In this document: piece after piece, positions 13,846 to 26,100 of the stretch
Layout of the letters: every line of letters starts with the position of its first letter
Numbering within the stretch: the stretch's first letter is position 1
NCBI GenBank assembly: GCA_043228905.1
Contig: JBHGNT010000009.1
Span: 7,874,001-7,938,000, forward strand
DNA: 64,000 nucleotides
Direction: 5' to 3'
Source of the DNA: Azolla caroliniana
Lineage: Eukaryota; Plantae; Polypodiophyta
Notes under the pieces: generated by a model
What the model saw: only the letters and a program-made list of their open reading frames with translations
What the model was told of the DNA's origin: nothing
The model's database searches: none
Made by a program: the position numbers and the translations under genes

Positions 13846-13888
<43 letters not shown>

Positions 13889-14792
13889 CTCTCTTTCTTA
13901 CATGTGAAATCCTTTGCAATAAAAGCCATCTCTCTCTAGATCCAGTTACCATGAGAATCCTTTGCACTTTGCAATAAATACACACATACTCTCTCTCTCT
14001 CTTTCTCTCTCTAAATCCAATGAACATTAAGAATCCTTTGCACCCTGCCACACTCTTTCCCTTCTCCGGTCTCTCTCTCTCTCTCTCTCTCTCATCACAA
14101 TCCCTCATCAAAAAACTACAAAAATGGAAAATAAAATAAAATTACTATGTATTTTTAATGTCCTATGGGTGCTCCCCAAAGCCTCACACACATTTAAAAA
14201 ATATATGCAAACTATATGTACAATAATAGGCATATGTGTGTGAATATGCATAAGTCTAAATTGTAGCTCTTACCTCTTGGTGGGCATTGAATGATAAAAA
14301 CAGGGGAGAAACAGAGCATAATCAAAAAACCCAAACTATGTATATATAGACCCTACATATACATATTATTACCCCATTTATATCTATGTATGTGTATGTA
14401 TGTATAGGGAGAGTGACAGAGAGCACACCCAAGTGTCCAAAACTCCAAGCTCAGTCTCTCATAATTAATTATCTATGCACAGAATTGTCATAAGTTATAA
14501 CCCTTTTCTTATACATATAGCTTCTTATCATCATCATCATCATCATATTCATCTCTGCCATCATCTCTGCCATCATTCTCACCATTATCAAACTTCAATC
14601 AGATAAATCATTCATCACCACCATCATTCCTTTTCCTTTTCCTTATCTTCCCCTTCCTTACTTATCACACAACCCAATTCTCATCAGAATCATTGGATAG
14701 TTTATAGAAATTAAAAAGAGTATATATACAGATAGCTGTAATCATCATAGTAATAATAGTATTCATCAGTGTAGGTAGGGCCCATATATTAT

Positions 14793-15024
14793 ATGATGCT
14801 TTCATCCACCATTAGCCTAGATGATGGTGATGATGATGATGATGAACCTGATGATGCTAGGCAATACATGAACAATAAGAAGTATGCATACTATTACATT
14901 CATCCAAGCTACAGTAGTCATTATTATAAGGTTGGGGGTTGTGTGGGGGCCTTCTTTCAGCTCTTTGATTGGAACCGAAGACTCCATAACTCAAATTCTA
15001 AGCGTTTCTTCTCCCCTCATCAAG
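14793..15024 (+). CDS. TRM: TRM/LONGIFOLIA-family (DUF4378) protein, exon 1
   Basis: ATG at 14793; GGCVGAFFQLFDWNRR...KRFFS matches the N-terminal TRM motif; donor CAAG|GT at 15025, phase 1. Confidence 0.8.
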
Positions 15025-15322
15025 GTCTCCACAATCAATGCTACTCTCACTTTACTTATTCTCAGTATAATATGATCTCATACATGATTGCTCAGTCTCA
15101 TGATTTCATATGATTCAAAGGATTGCATTCTACTTCTTTCTTGAACCAAATTTATCCCTTGGATCCCTTGGATTATTTACAAAAAGCTTTATATGTGGGG
15201 TTTCGTTCCCTGTTATGAAAATAAAAGGGAAATTGTGTTTTTCTGGGCAGTGCACATATATGTAACTTCTCGTTATTGTTTCCATGCTCAATTCTCATGA
15301 TGAATTGGACTTAAAATTGCAG

Positions 15323-15432
15323 AGAGAAAGAACAAGAAGCAGCTGCAGCAGAAGGAGAAGAAGAAGAAGAAGATTAATAAGAAATTGCAGATAGAGGCAG
15401 CTGCAAGGGAGCCAGTAAAACTCCTGCAATTT
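15323..15432 (+). CDS. TRM: TRM-family protein, exon 2 (Lys-rich)
   Basis: TTGCAG| acceptor and TTT|GTAAGA donor; 110 nt converts phase 1 to phase 0; ERKNKKQLQQKEKKKKKINKKLQIEAAAREPVKLLQF. Confidence 0.75.
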
Positions 15433-15509
15433 GTAAGAAAATCTGTTTCTTTTCTTTTCTCTTCACTAAATTTATTACCATTTCCTCTGATCGGATTTAA
15501 ATTGAGATT

Positions 15510-16048
15510 ACATATGTATGTATGCATGCATGAGTGTATGTAGAGTTATGCATGCGTGAATGTATGTAGTGTTATGCATGTGTGCATCCATGAATGCTTG
15601 AATGTATGTATGTATGTATGTATGTATGTATGTATGTATGTATGTATGTATGTATGTATGTATGTATGTATGTATGTATGTATGTATGTATGCATGATTG
15701 CATGCATGAATGCTTGAATGTATGCATGAATGCATGAATGTATGTATGTATGTATGTATGTATGTATGTATGTATGTATGTATGTATGTATGCATGAGTG
15801 CATGCATGAATGCTTGAATGTATGCATGAATGCATGAATGTATGAATATATGCATGATTGTATGAATGCATGAATGTATGAATGAATGCATGAGTGTATG
15901 CATGAGTGAATGCATGAGTGAATGCATGAGTGTATGTATGTATGAATGCATGCATGCATGCATGAGTGTATGAATGCATGCATGTATGTATGCATGTATG
16001 TATGTATGTATGTATGTATGTATGTATGTATGTATGTATGTATGCATG
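15510..16048. repeat. (TATG)n/(CATG/AATG) compound tetranucleotide satellite in TRM intron 2
   Basis: Read directly; source of the spurious His/Thr/Tyr-rich ORFs. Confidence 0.95.
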
Positions 16049-17048
16049 TAAAAGGAAAAGGTAATAAAAGTCATGTCATGGGGCCAGGTGGGGAATTAAT
16101 TCAAAAAAATGGTGGAAAGGTCCAAGTAAATTTGTGTGTTATGGAAGAAAACACACGTAGTAACACCAACCACAGACACACACACACACATTCTATCTCA
16201 ATCTTTTGAGGGTTGCGGCCAATGGTACATTTTTCCGGCGCACTATACAACAGTTAGTATCCTAGAAAAGCTACACCGGCTAACGGTGATATGGAAGGCT
16301 TCACACTTTTCCAAGAATATCACCAACATGTTGCCAAGGAACCAACCGCATCAATGGAACGTTGATGTGTGCACACGCATAATAATGTCGTTTCACACTT
16401 TTTAAGGAAAGCTTGGGCATGGGTCCTAGTACATATGTCTAGGAAACTATTCGTGACCATGGCTTTTAATGTACTCCCACCTAGTATGCCCCCCCCACCA
16501 GGAACATCCGAAACTTTGTTGTGAAATTTACGCAATGTTTTGATGGTAGATAGATACGTATATAATTCTTTTAATGTCCACAGGAGGGGTCATGAATACT
16601 GAGCCTATCATTAACGTGCACACACTGAATCTCAAAAGCCTACTTACTCGACGACATATCATGACGGATGAAAAGTAGTAGTACCCCTTCTCAGTAATTT
16701 TTAAAGGTATCGAATAATATATGCCGTCAATGATAATAATAGTAGTAATAACAAATGGAAAGTAAATATCCTCAATGGAGACATGCATGCTCGCTTCAAT
16801 AACATTGGTTATTACTCCTACGGACTCTTTTTACTTTACCAATGGGACTATTTTATCAATATATTTCTATGCCATTTAAGATTATAATTGCCTTTCCCTT
16901 TTTGAGTCACTGTAACAAGTAGTTTGAATCTATTTTATTTTTCTGAATAATTTTCTGTTTTGACTAAGGGATCAAGTGGTTTTGTCCATAAATAAATACA
17001 TCCTATTTAGCTTTGGTGAGTTATGTGTAGATGTTATATGTTTTGTAG

Positions 17049-17714
17049 ATCCCTAATGAGCTCAAGGAGGAAGACAATGATGACATCAAAGTTTGTTTAA
17101 GTTCCAATGGAATTGTTCGCGAGACAAATGATAATGTTCATGTTTCAAAGAACAAAAGTCCTGGGGCTGTTGGCAAGTTGATGGGTTTGGAATCTCTTCC
17201 TGACCATATTGCACTTGGAAAGATCACCGAATTGAATCATCCCAACAGAAATTCCAACCAAATTATTGAAACTTCTACTCGTGCAATGCTTGCTAGTCAT
17301 CCCTTCGAAGTAAATATGATAATCTCAGAGAAGAAATGTACCAATCCTAATAATATTAGCGTCCTTGGAAAGGAAACAACACACATCATTAATCATCATT
17401 CCGAAGAAAACATAGTCTCAGAGAGGAAATGTATCAATCCTAATAAAATTAACATCCTTGGAAAGGAAACAATACACATCATTAATCATGAGAGGGAAAT
17501 GTTGGAATGGGATGGATCGAGACACAACAAAAACTATAAGTGGAATAAAAAAACAAGGAAAGTGGACCGTAAGTTATTGGTTGAAACACGACATGGAAAC
17601 CGTAACAATAGAAATGTGAATCAATTACATCACCATCGTCTTCCATGTTCAAAAGGCAATGATGCAGAATACGACACCAATCGTGCCATCTCCTCCATCT
17701 CCACTACAATTGAG
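17049..17714 (+). CDS. TRM: TRM-family protein, exon 3 (VARLMGL-type motif)
   Basis: TTTTGTAG| acceptor; KSPGAVGKLMGLESLP; GAG|GTACTT donor; 666 nt, phase 0 to phase 0. Confidence 0.82.
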
Positions 17715-19980
17715 GTACTTTTACTAGCATCAACTTTGATAATTGAACTTGGATTATACATTTTAGTTAGGCATCATATGAATTTGAAATTCTAGGGTAA
17801 TTTAGTAATCAATTACCATGCATCTCTAACAAATGCACAATATTATGTATTAAATATTACACAAGCCACGATTTTGGAAAATTTCATGTTGGAATTCACA
17901 ATTCATGTTTTTTAACATATGCCCTTGCTCATTTCGCATGATACATGTTATTTACAAGACTTCTATTGGGAGATTCCTATTTTATTCAATTGGCTTATTT
18001 CTTGTTACTAAATTACCACCAATGTAGTACTGGCATAACCACCAATGTAGTAGGAAGAATAGATCCACCACAACACATATTAGAATCTAGCGCAATAAAG
18101 ATCATATTTTGTCATGGACTATCCATCTGACTTTGATGCTCCATGATCATCACCTCATGCACAAATTTGAAATTTGATTATCGATGTAGCAGTATCAAGT
18201 AATTGATGTGGTTGTTGAGAATTTGGTATTTTGTAAGTGGCATTGCAAATAGTGTGCAATGTTACTCTTATGGATTAGGGAAATAAGATTGGTTTATATA
18301 AGTGATGAATTCATGCACATGTAGTAGTGAGTTTGACAATAAAAAGCATAGAGATCATGAGGTTTCTTACATCCTAGAGTTGGCAACATAGGGGCACTTC
18401 CCTTTCTTTGTCTTGAGTATGTACAAGCTCCAATCCAAAACATTCCAAACATTGGCCTCTTTTCTAGTTAGGTTTGGGGTAGAAACAATCAAGCATTAAC
18501 ATAATTCAAGGTATGTTAGGCTCCTCCTAATAAATTAGTTTGTGTATGTGCATATTTACTAAGAACATGATTTAAAAATGTGGAATATGGTATTTGATTT
18601 GTAGTCTCAACTTGAATTACATTATTCTACGAAATCTTAGCCAAGTCAATTTTTTTTATTCAAAATATAACTTCGTTTTGAGCATGCCCACTAAAAGTTT
18701 GTGTGTACATATATGTGAGAGGAACAAAAGTTTTGAATGCCATCCTACATCCTAGCGTCGAGATTTAATAATTTAGAACGATCAAGAAAAATCTATAGTT
18801 GACAAGAATAGATTGGTAAACTTTTATGGTCAAAAAATAACATTTAGAAAAGCCAACTAGTAATCGTGATAGTAAATGGTTCAAACTTCAAATATTGGAG
18901 TACTATACGCTTTCACATCAAACTATTTTAAATACTAGAATTAAGCTATTTTCCCAAAGAGGAGGACTGTTAGCGAATTTATAATGCATCATGGGGATTC
19001 CTACATTGGCAACATTTGTTATGAATATCGACTATCACGGATTGATTCAACAACACTCATTCATGTTGGACGACTTCGATGTTCTAGGGATATTCAAAGA
19101 CCAAATGTGCACTGTAGATCACATGTAAATTTGGTTTCGAAAAAGTGACTTGCATGTAACCCTCATAGGTAATCAAAGTTTTGTCAAATATGACCTCCAA
19201 ATCTGTGCATTGTTCCAAGTTTCAATGATAGAGTTATACATTGGGCCTTTTGTCAGTATTCAAGAAAGTTTAAAACACAAAAAGCTTCTAGTGAATTCGA
19301 TGCAAATCTTCTTATGTATGTGCATACAATGGATGCATGATTGAAGGGTTTTCTCAAGGAAAGTTGTGTGGCATAATCGGTGGCTAGTATTTGTATGTGT
19401 GTGTGCAACATATGTACAATGTAAGAATGTCAAAAATATAGTAAAATCAACACATTATCAAGAACCAAGGTACAATGTAAATATATACTAATAATTCAAG
19501 TTAAGGGGAAGTGGACAAGCACACATTTGGATTGTAAATCCACTGCTCTCCCATCTCCACCCTCCAATAATCAAACTTAATTCATGGTTGGTTTACAAAT
19601 GGCATGCTATTAAAGAAGTTATCTATCTCATGTTGTGGACATACCTTTGGGATGTACTCCATCTCATTGGCCCGTGTCTACCAACACAATGTGGTCCTTG
19701 ATCTCTATAAACACGTCCATGTCTCTCAATGGAGTTATTAACTAAACACATAGTGATAGGAAGGGCTTAACGTGGAATTAACATTACAGCTTAGAATGAT
19801 GTTTTAAACTTTGTATTGATCCATATTATTGATGCCTTTTTTTGTATGAAATAGTTCAAAAAAAATTTCATTCTAAATGTTTTTTCAAGATTCAACTTTA
19901 GTCAAATATATGGAAATTAATAAGTACACTTTGTTTCAATAGTTAAAACAATTAAGTGTCTTATCTTTCAATGCTTATAG

Positions 19981-20601
19981 GGCCATGAGAATGAGTCCAC
20001 GTCAGATTCCATCGGTTGTCAACCGAGTCCAGTCTCTGTATTAGTTTCGCCATTTGATGATGAGCCGTTACCAACAATGCAAGATACATGGAGGATTAGA
20101 AGCGAGCAAGACTATGTGGCTGCAGTATTTGCTACCACATCAGACAACAAGATGTATGGTAAAGAGGCCTTTGATAGCTTAGAGGAACGTGTGGCTAGTT
20201 GGAATGATAGAGAATGTGGCTTAGCGCCACGTGACAATCGGATGCTCCTCTTTGATTGTGTGAGAGAGGCAATAACCGAGGAGAAGATGTGGGAATGTGG
20301 AATGGATATGACATGGAGATCTAGAAAAGGCATGATACGACATTGGCAAGTACCATGTAGTGTGCTAGTGTGTAGGCTACATGACCGCATTCGCACATGG
20401 CGTCTAGACTTTTTCAACCTCTCTTATGCAAATGGACTAGACGACCTTGTGGCCATAGACCTTCGTCGTCCTTACAACAATTGGCATGACTTTGGGTCCG
20501 AAATTGACCATGTTGTCTCCTCTCTCGAGCGTATCCTTTTTCGACTCCTCCTAGAAGACCTCATTTGTGAGCTAAACCTTCAATACTACAACTTATCTTA
20601 A
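19981..20601 (+). CDS. TRM: TRM-family protein, last exon (PSPVSVL motif plus DUF4378/TON1-binding C-terminus)
   Basis: GCTTATAG| acceptor; QPSPVSVL; MLLFDCVREAI; LDDLVAIDL...WHDFGSEIDHVVSSLERILFRLLLEDLICEL, then stop. Confidence 0.9.
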   Translation, partial: GHENESTSDSIGCQPSPVSVLVSPFDDEPLPTMQDTWRIRSEQDYVAAVFATTSDNKMYGKEAFDSLEERVASWNDRECGLAPRDNRMLLFDCVREAITEEKMWECGMDMTWRSRKGMIRHWQVPCSVLVCRLHDRIRTWRLDFFNLSYANGLDDLVAIDLRRPYNNWHDFGSEIDHVVSSLERILFRLLLEDLICELNLQYYNLS

Positions 20602-21132
20602 ATCAAATGCATATTGTCTTTTAGGCTTGTTAGCCTAAACCTTCAACTCTAATTATATAGCTTGATTATTACCAATCATCAATCATGTATGTATATTATA
20701 CCCATATCCCTTCCTTTCCTCAATGTATAACATCTCAATGGTCAAAATGGAATATGCTCCAAAAGTGTATATCTCTTATTGGTCAAATATATATCCCATT
20801 ATTGAATTGATGTTAATGTCAAGTTAATGGGATCTATCTATGTTAGTTAAAATGAATGTAACCATAGTGTGCTAAAAAGTGAACAAAGTAGATTTTTGAG
20901 AAGATTCGCTAATGCCATAAACTTCGTGCAAAATTAGTCCAATCCTTTTATCTTAGGTATGAAAAATGTTGATAAATAGTAAAGCATGGGAAGGCCCGCA
21001 CATATGATAACTATGCATTATGAATGTGGGTTTTGTAAAGTTGCACATACCTTATAGAAAGATTGCATTTATGATGAGATAAACAATTAATTCTATTATG
21101 ATGCTTAAATAAAGTAATCGCGATAATTAGGA

Positions 21133-21186
<54 letters not shown>
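21133..21186. repeat. (GT)n-(GA)n microsatellite
   Basis: Read directly. Confidence 0.95.
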
Positions 21187-21188
<2 letters not shown>

Positions 21189-21650
21189 TCAAGGTTACAG
21201 AAAAAATAGAAAACTATATTAACGTTGTCGTGGCGTGGCTCGCCTAGAAGTGTAGTGTTGCGCACACAAAGGATAACGTGAAAGTGAGGAAGGAATCATT
21301 GGGATTATGGACGAAAGAGACGAAAGAGTAGAGATGGAGTGAATAGAGATCAATAAGATATGACAAAATAGGATTTTTAAGGAATATAAGATAACACAAG
21401 ATAAGATATAAAATAATATATGAGAAAGTGTATGAAATTTATAATCATTTTCATGAAAGAGTTACAAAATGATTGTGCACGTCGTTGAACCTTTGAACTT
21501 TGTCTTGCAAGGTAATCGCTCTTCTCTTTCTTGATCGTAGACCACTACAATCTTCACTTCAATATTTTGATGAAGATAAGGCTCGAACCGCCTCCCTCTT
21601 GTTGAGAGTTGACCACCACGACCGCCAAGCTAGAGCTCCATGTTTATGTT

Positions 21651-22096
21651 CAACTTCTTCCCTTCTTTCTCTATTTTTATGGTATCTCTTATGTAATACA
21701 TAATTTGATTGATATCTCATACATATCTCCCTTTGATATTCTCTTTCACCATTTAAATAGGTGCCCCCATGGATATGATGCATTGGAGGGTACAAGTCAT
21801 GCATGTAGTACATGTGATGCATGTGATGCATGATAAACATCTCGCTCATTTGAGCTTTTATGTATGAAACAATCAACTTCTTCCCTTCTTTCTCTATTTT
21901 TATGGTATCTCTTATGTAATACATAATTTGATTGATATCTCATACATATCTCCCTTTGATCTTCTCTTTCACCATTTAAATAGGTGCCCCCATGCATATG
22001 ATGCATTGGAGGGTACAAGTCATGCATGTAGTGCATGTGATGCATGTGATGCATGATAAACATCTCGCTCATTTGAGGTTTTATGTATGAAACAAT
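21651..22096. repeat. 223-bp near-identical tandem duplication within the solo LTR
   Basis: CAACTTCTTCCCTTCTTTCTC at 21651 and 21874. Confidence 0.93.
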
Positions 22097-22140
22097 ATAT
22101 GCAATAACAATAAACATGAAAATATAATCTTAAAGAGAAA

Positions 22141-22205
22141 GGGCCTAGCCTAATGGTAAGTGTGTTGACTTTGGTGTATGAGGTTGTGGGTTTGAGTCTC
22201 AAAAT
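22141..22205 (+). promoter_or_regulatory. tRNA-like Pol III A/B-box cassette 1 in LTR
   Basis: TAGCCTAATGGTAAG at 22146 and GGGTTTGAGTC at about 22188 (B box with a CpG-type C>T change); 44-nt T8-G53 spacing. Confidence 0.55.
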
Positions 22206-22295
22206 ACTATTGAATATGACATACAACTTTATTTTTATATCACTGAAGCAAATCCTTTATGTAATATAAAGTATGCTTTATTTTATGTATATTAC

Positions 22296-22361
22296 TAGTA
22301 TAGAATAAATGGTAAGATTTGAGAGTCATAGGGTGGGGTTATTGGTTCAAGTCCTCTCTTG
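22296..22361 (+). promoter_or_regulatory. tRNA-like Pol III A/B-box cassette 2 in LTR
   Basis: TAGAATAAATGGTAAG at 22301 and GGTTCAAGTCC at 22344; 44-nt spacing. Confidence 0.55.
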
Positions 22362-22899
22362 TTCGTGTAATATAATATATTTATCTATCTATCTATATAT
22401 ATATTATTTTTCTTTACATATATATAATATTATCATATGTGTTGTTAATATTATCTTTATATATAAAACATGATCAAATGTTATTTTAGTTACGTATTTA
22501 TCTTATTGTAGACTTTTAATGTGAAGCTTTCGTACTTCACGACAACGTGGTCCGTACTTACCACAAAATGATTTCCATAAAGATAATGGTGCCATGTTTT
22601 GAGCACATGTATAACTACAAATAATTCCTTTTCTTGAATAGTATACCGACATTGAGTAGAATCAAGTTTCTTACTCTCGAATGCTATTGGTTTACCATCT
22701 TGATATAAGACACACCTATAGCATAATCGCTTGCATCAGTTTCAACCTCAAAAGGTTTTGAAGGATCGGGTAAAAGAAGCGAAGGAGCCTTGCACACCAG
22801 GTCCTTGAGTTCCTTAAAGGCGAGGTCTAGTGTAGCATTCCACACAATAGGTTTTGTAGACTTGCGCATTTGACCTTTTAGAAGATCAGCAAACGGCGT

Positions 22900-23151
22900 T
22901 GTCGCGAATATGACAAGGAAATATACAAAATCTAGGACACTTGGTAGTAGCTTTCGTGGTAAGATAATTGCCTCCTATCTAGGAGGTGCAAGGTTCAAAT
23001 CCTACTTGCACCTCTCTATACGCACTTAATGCTATTAGGCACTACGATTATTTATTATTGATTTATTTTCATTTTTTACAAGTATTTGTGTAATGTGCGT
23101 GGAACCACACTTTTTCACTTTTTCTTCCACTGGAGGTGCAACATCACGACA
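22900..23151. mobile_element. 252-bp mini-LTR/TRIM-like insertion containing a tRNA-like cassette
   Basis: TGTCGCGA...TCACGACA termini; flanks GCGT/TCGT; removing it restores the gypsy reading LTTPFADLLKG; A box at 22948, B box GGTTCAAATCC at 22992. Confidence 0.8.
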
Positions 23152-26100
23152 TCGTTGTCAACTAGGAGTAATTACAAAGGGATTTTCGAAAAACCCGACA
23201 AAACCAAGGAATGATCAAACTTCTCGAATATTCCGAAGAGTGGGCCAAAGTTTGATTTTCTCGATGTGAGAAGGATCAATTTCAACTCCTCGTTCGGTTA
23301 TGAGATGTCCAAGATAAGTAATTGATTTCTTGAAGAACTCACATTTTGAGATCTTTGCATAGAATTGCTTGTCGTAATTTTTAGCCTATCCTTCTAATGT
23401 ACGACTATAAACTAGAATATCATCCAATAGAATAACGACAAATTTTCCAAGTTGTTCTCGGAAAATGTCATTCATTTCTTGTTAAAATGTGGCCGGAGCA
23501 TTGGTCAAACCAAATGACATAACCAAAAACTCATAATGGCCATAGCGCGTACGAAATGCCGTTTTAGGAACATCGTCCTCACTTATACGAATTTGATGGT
23601 AGCCCGTACGGAGATCAAGTTTCGTAAAATACCGAGCTCCCTGGAGATGGTCAATTAGATCATCAGCCCGAGGCAATGGATATGAATTCTTGATCCTCAC
23701 TTTATTCAAGCGTTGATAATTAATACACATACGCCATGTGCCCTCTTTCTTTTTTACCAAGAGAACAGGTGCACCCCATGGAGATTTACTATAACATATA
23801 TAACCCATTCCTAAATAGTCCTTGAGTTGCTTAGATATCTCATCCTCTTCGGATCGACTTAAGCGATAAGGAGGTATACTTATTGGTGCAACGCCAGGTA
23901 CAATATCTATATGATGGTCTATATTACGTTTAGGAGGTTACCCATGTGGTAGTTCACTCAGAAAAATATCACGAAAATCATTTAAGATTTCATTTGAGGA
24001 TTTGTTGTTCAAAATATGATAATTGAACTGAAACATTATCGATATTGTAAACGTGAATGTCCTGATCACGTACACAATAAAATAAAGTAGAACAAGACAA
24101 CTCAGATATTGATGGAGAGGAAACAATCGAGAGAGATTGTTTTTTAACACATTGAATAAAATGAGTACAATCGTTCATTACAAAAGTAATTGAATGATGA
24201 ACCCAATCAATAGATAAAGAAGAGTTTTTATTAAAAACCCAAGGATAACCTAGTATTACATCAGTGGTACAAAGATTCATTACATGGAAGTCTACTTCCT
24301 CTATATAAGTATCAATAGAAATTCCTAATGAATGAATCGCCTCGTTGATGTATTGTACTCTTCCATCAACCAAGTGCACCTTATATGTGTGATCACTTAC
24401 GGTGGGTTAGATTCCCCATATCTGGACCAAACGATCATTCACAAAGTTGTGTGAGCTTCCCGAATCAAACAAAAATTGTACGGGAGATCCATTGATATAC
24501 CTGTTTGCACATAGTAAATCATTGGGTTCCAATACATAGTGAGGGAAAGAACATTGACAATTACTTAAATGATGTGTATAGACCTAAAGGACATTAGGAA
24601 TCTGACCTTTATGGTCTGCACCTTTTGTTTTCTTGTCATGCTCTTTCCGTTGGAGCTTTTGACATTGCTCTTTTGTATGACCCTTCTTTCTGCAAAATAC
24701 GCAAAAAGGATTATGTCACTTACAATCACGATCCATGAATTCATTGTGTGTCTTGCGTTTCCCAGCGAATTGTGATTGCTTAGTCCCGGGTGCTTCGTTG
24801 GGTTTGTTATGGTCCTTTGAAGTGCGTTGATAGAGAAGAACTATTTCAACAGCCTCTTTGAAGGATTTTGGATCTTTATTGTGCACTATTCAGTGATGGT
24901 CCGAATTGGAGACGCCATTGACAAAACAAGCTATCAACCAATTGTCCCCTTCTAGACCCGGTTTTTGGATTTGGGTTCTAGCATGGTGAACATTGTCTTC
25001 TAGCGAGGAAAACGTCATGCTAGAGAGGTTCGAGATGGAGGTTGCAAAAATTGGCCCTTGAAAACTGTGACAAAATCTGTCCAGGTATCGAGCAATTTCC
25101 CCAATGTTCGGAGCCCACGCCACCAAGCGGCGACCTTACCCCCTAGTTCTCGGCTGACATATGCAATCTTCGTACTACCGGTGTGGGATAGCTCAAAATG
25201 AGACTCCCATCGGCCCAACCACATGCAGATTGCTTCTTCGGTTCTCTCCTTTGTTTCTCCCGTAAATGGCTTTACAACAAATGATGGTTCACCTTGACGC
25301 TCATCAGGTCTATTAGTATCATGTTGTAAACTAATGACACGTGCCTCAAGAGCACTTTGAGATTGCCGAAGTTCGGACATCTGATGCACGGTTGAATTAA
25401 GGAAATTTTGTATTTGTATCAAATACGACTTAATGGGGATTGGCCCAAGAGGATTTCCTTGATTTCATTCCGCTTGAGCGGATGGCATCGAGACGTTATT
25501 ATGATCCATTGAATGATAATTTCTGGCAAAGAAATAGGATAAGGACAGACAAATAGTTATAACATCATGTCGTGATGTAAACATATAATGGGCAAACATT
25601 AATCGATATCATGATCTCACGACAATACCCCTCTAGACGTATGAGATGAGGTTCAAGGTCAGGTTACTACGGTAACACAAAGGTGGTTTAAAAACCATGG
25701 GGGTGACAAATGAATGTCTTTCCCTGATCTCTATATCAATTTTTTCATGGCAACTCCCCGAAGCTCAACCATGTATGTTCACGTCATGAATAGTTTATAC
25801 ACGAAAAAATGCTAACAATAAACTATGTTTCTGTGCCCACGTATGTGGTTTCGGCTCTTTAAGTCCCATTACGAGGACCCGGAAGTGCACTTAGAACTAA
25901 AGTCTAAACATGTGTTATAGTCACATGTATCAACAATGTTGTATGGTCTTGGTCATATTTGAACTCGAGACCTCGAGAACAAATGCATTAAACAATTGAG
26001 CTAATCAAATAGGTTCCTCGTGTTGAATGTTGAATGTTTTATCAGTATAAGAGATATGCGAGGCATTTGCCCATATATGTTTTTTTAATAGAAACATATA

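Larger units (their letters stand above)
21226..22544 (-). mobile_element. Solo LTR with TGTCGTG...CACGACA termini
   Basis: 7-bp inverted termini; ACGT on both flanks; both ends are reverse-complement homologous to 28362-28480 and 44700-45123. Confidence 0.85.

Noticed and set aside
15508-16209. Long His/Thr/Tyr/Met-rich ORFs
   Set aside because: Translations of the (TATG)n satellite, which lacks stops in these frames
17715-19980. Extra TRM exons or a MITE in intron 3
   Set aside because: No convincing ORF with splice sites and no clear TIR/TSD by eye
22141-23012. Functional tRNA genes
   Set aside because: A/B boxes are present but I cannot pair an acceptor stem or assign an anticodon; reported only as tRNA-like
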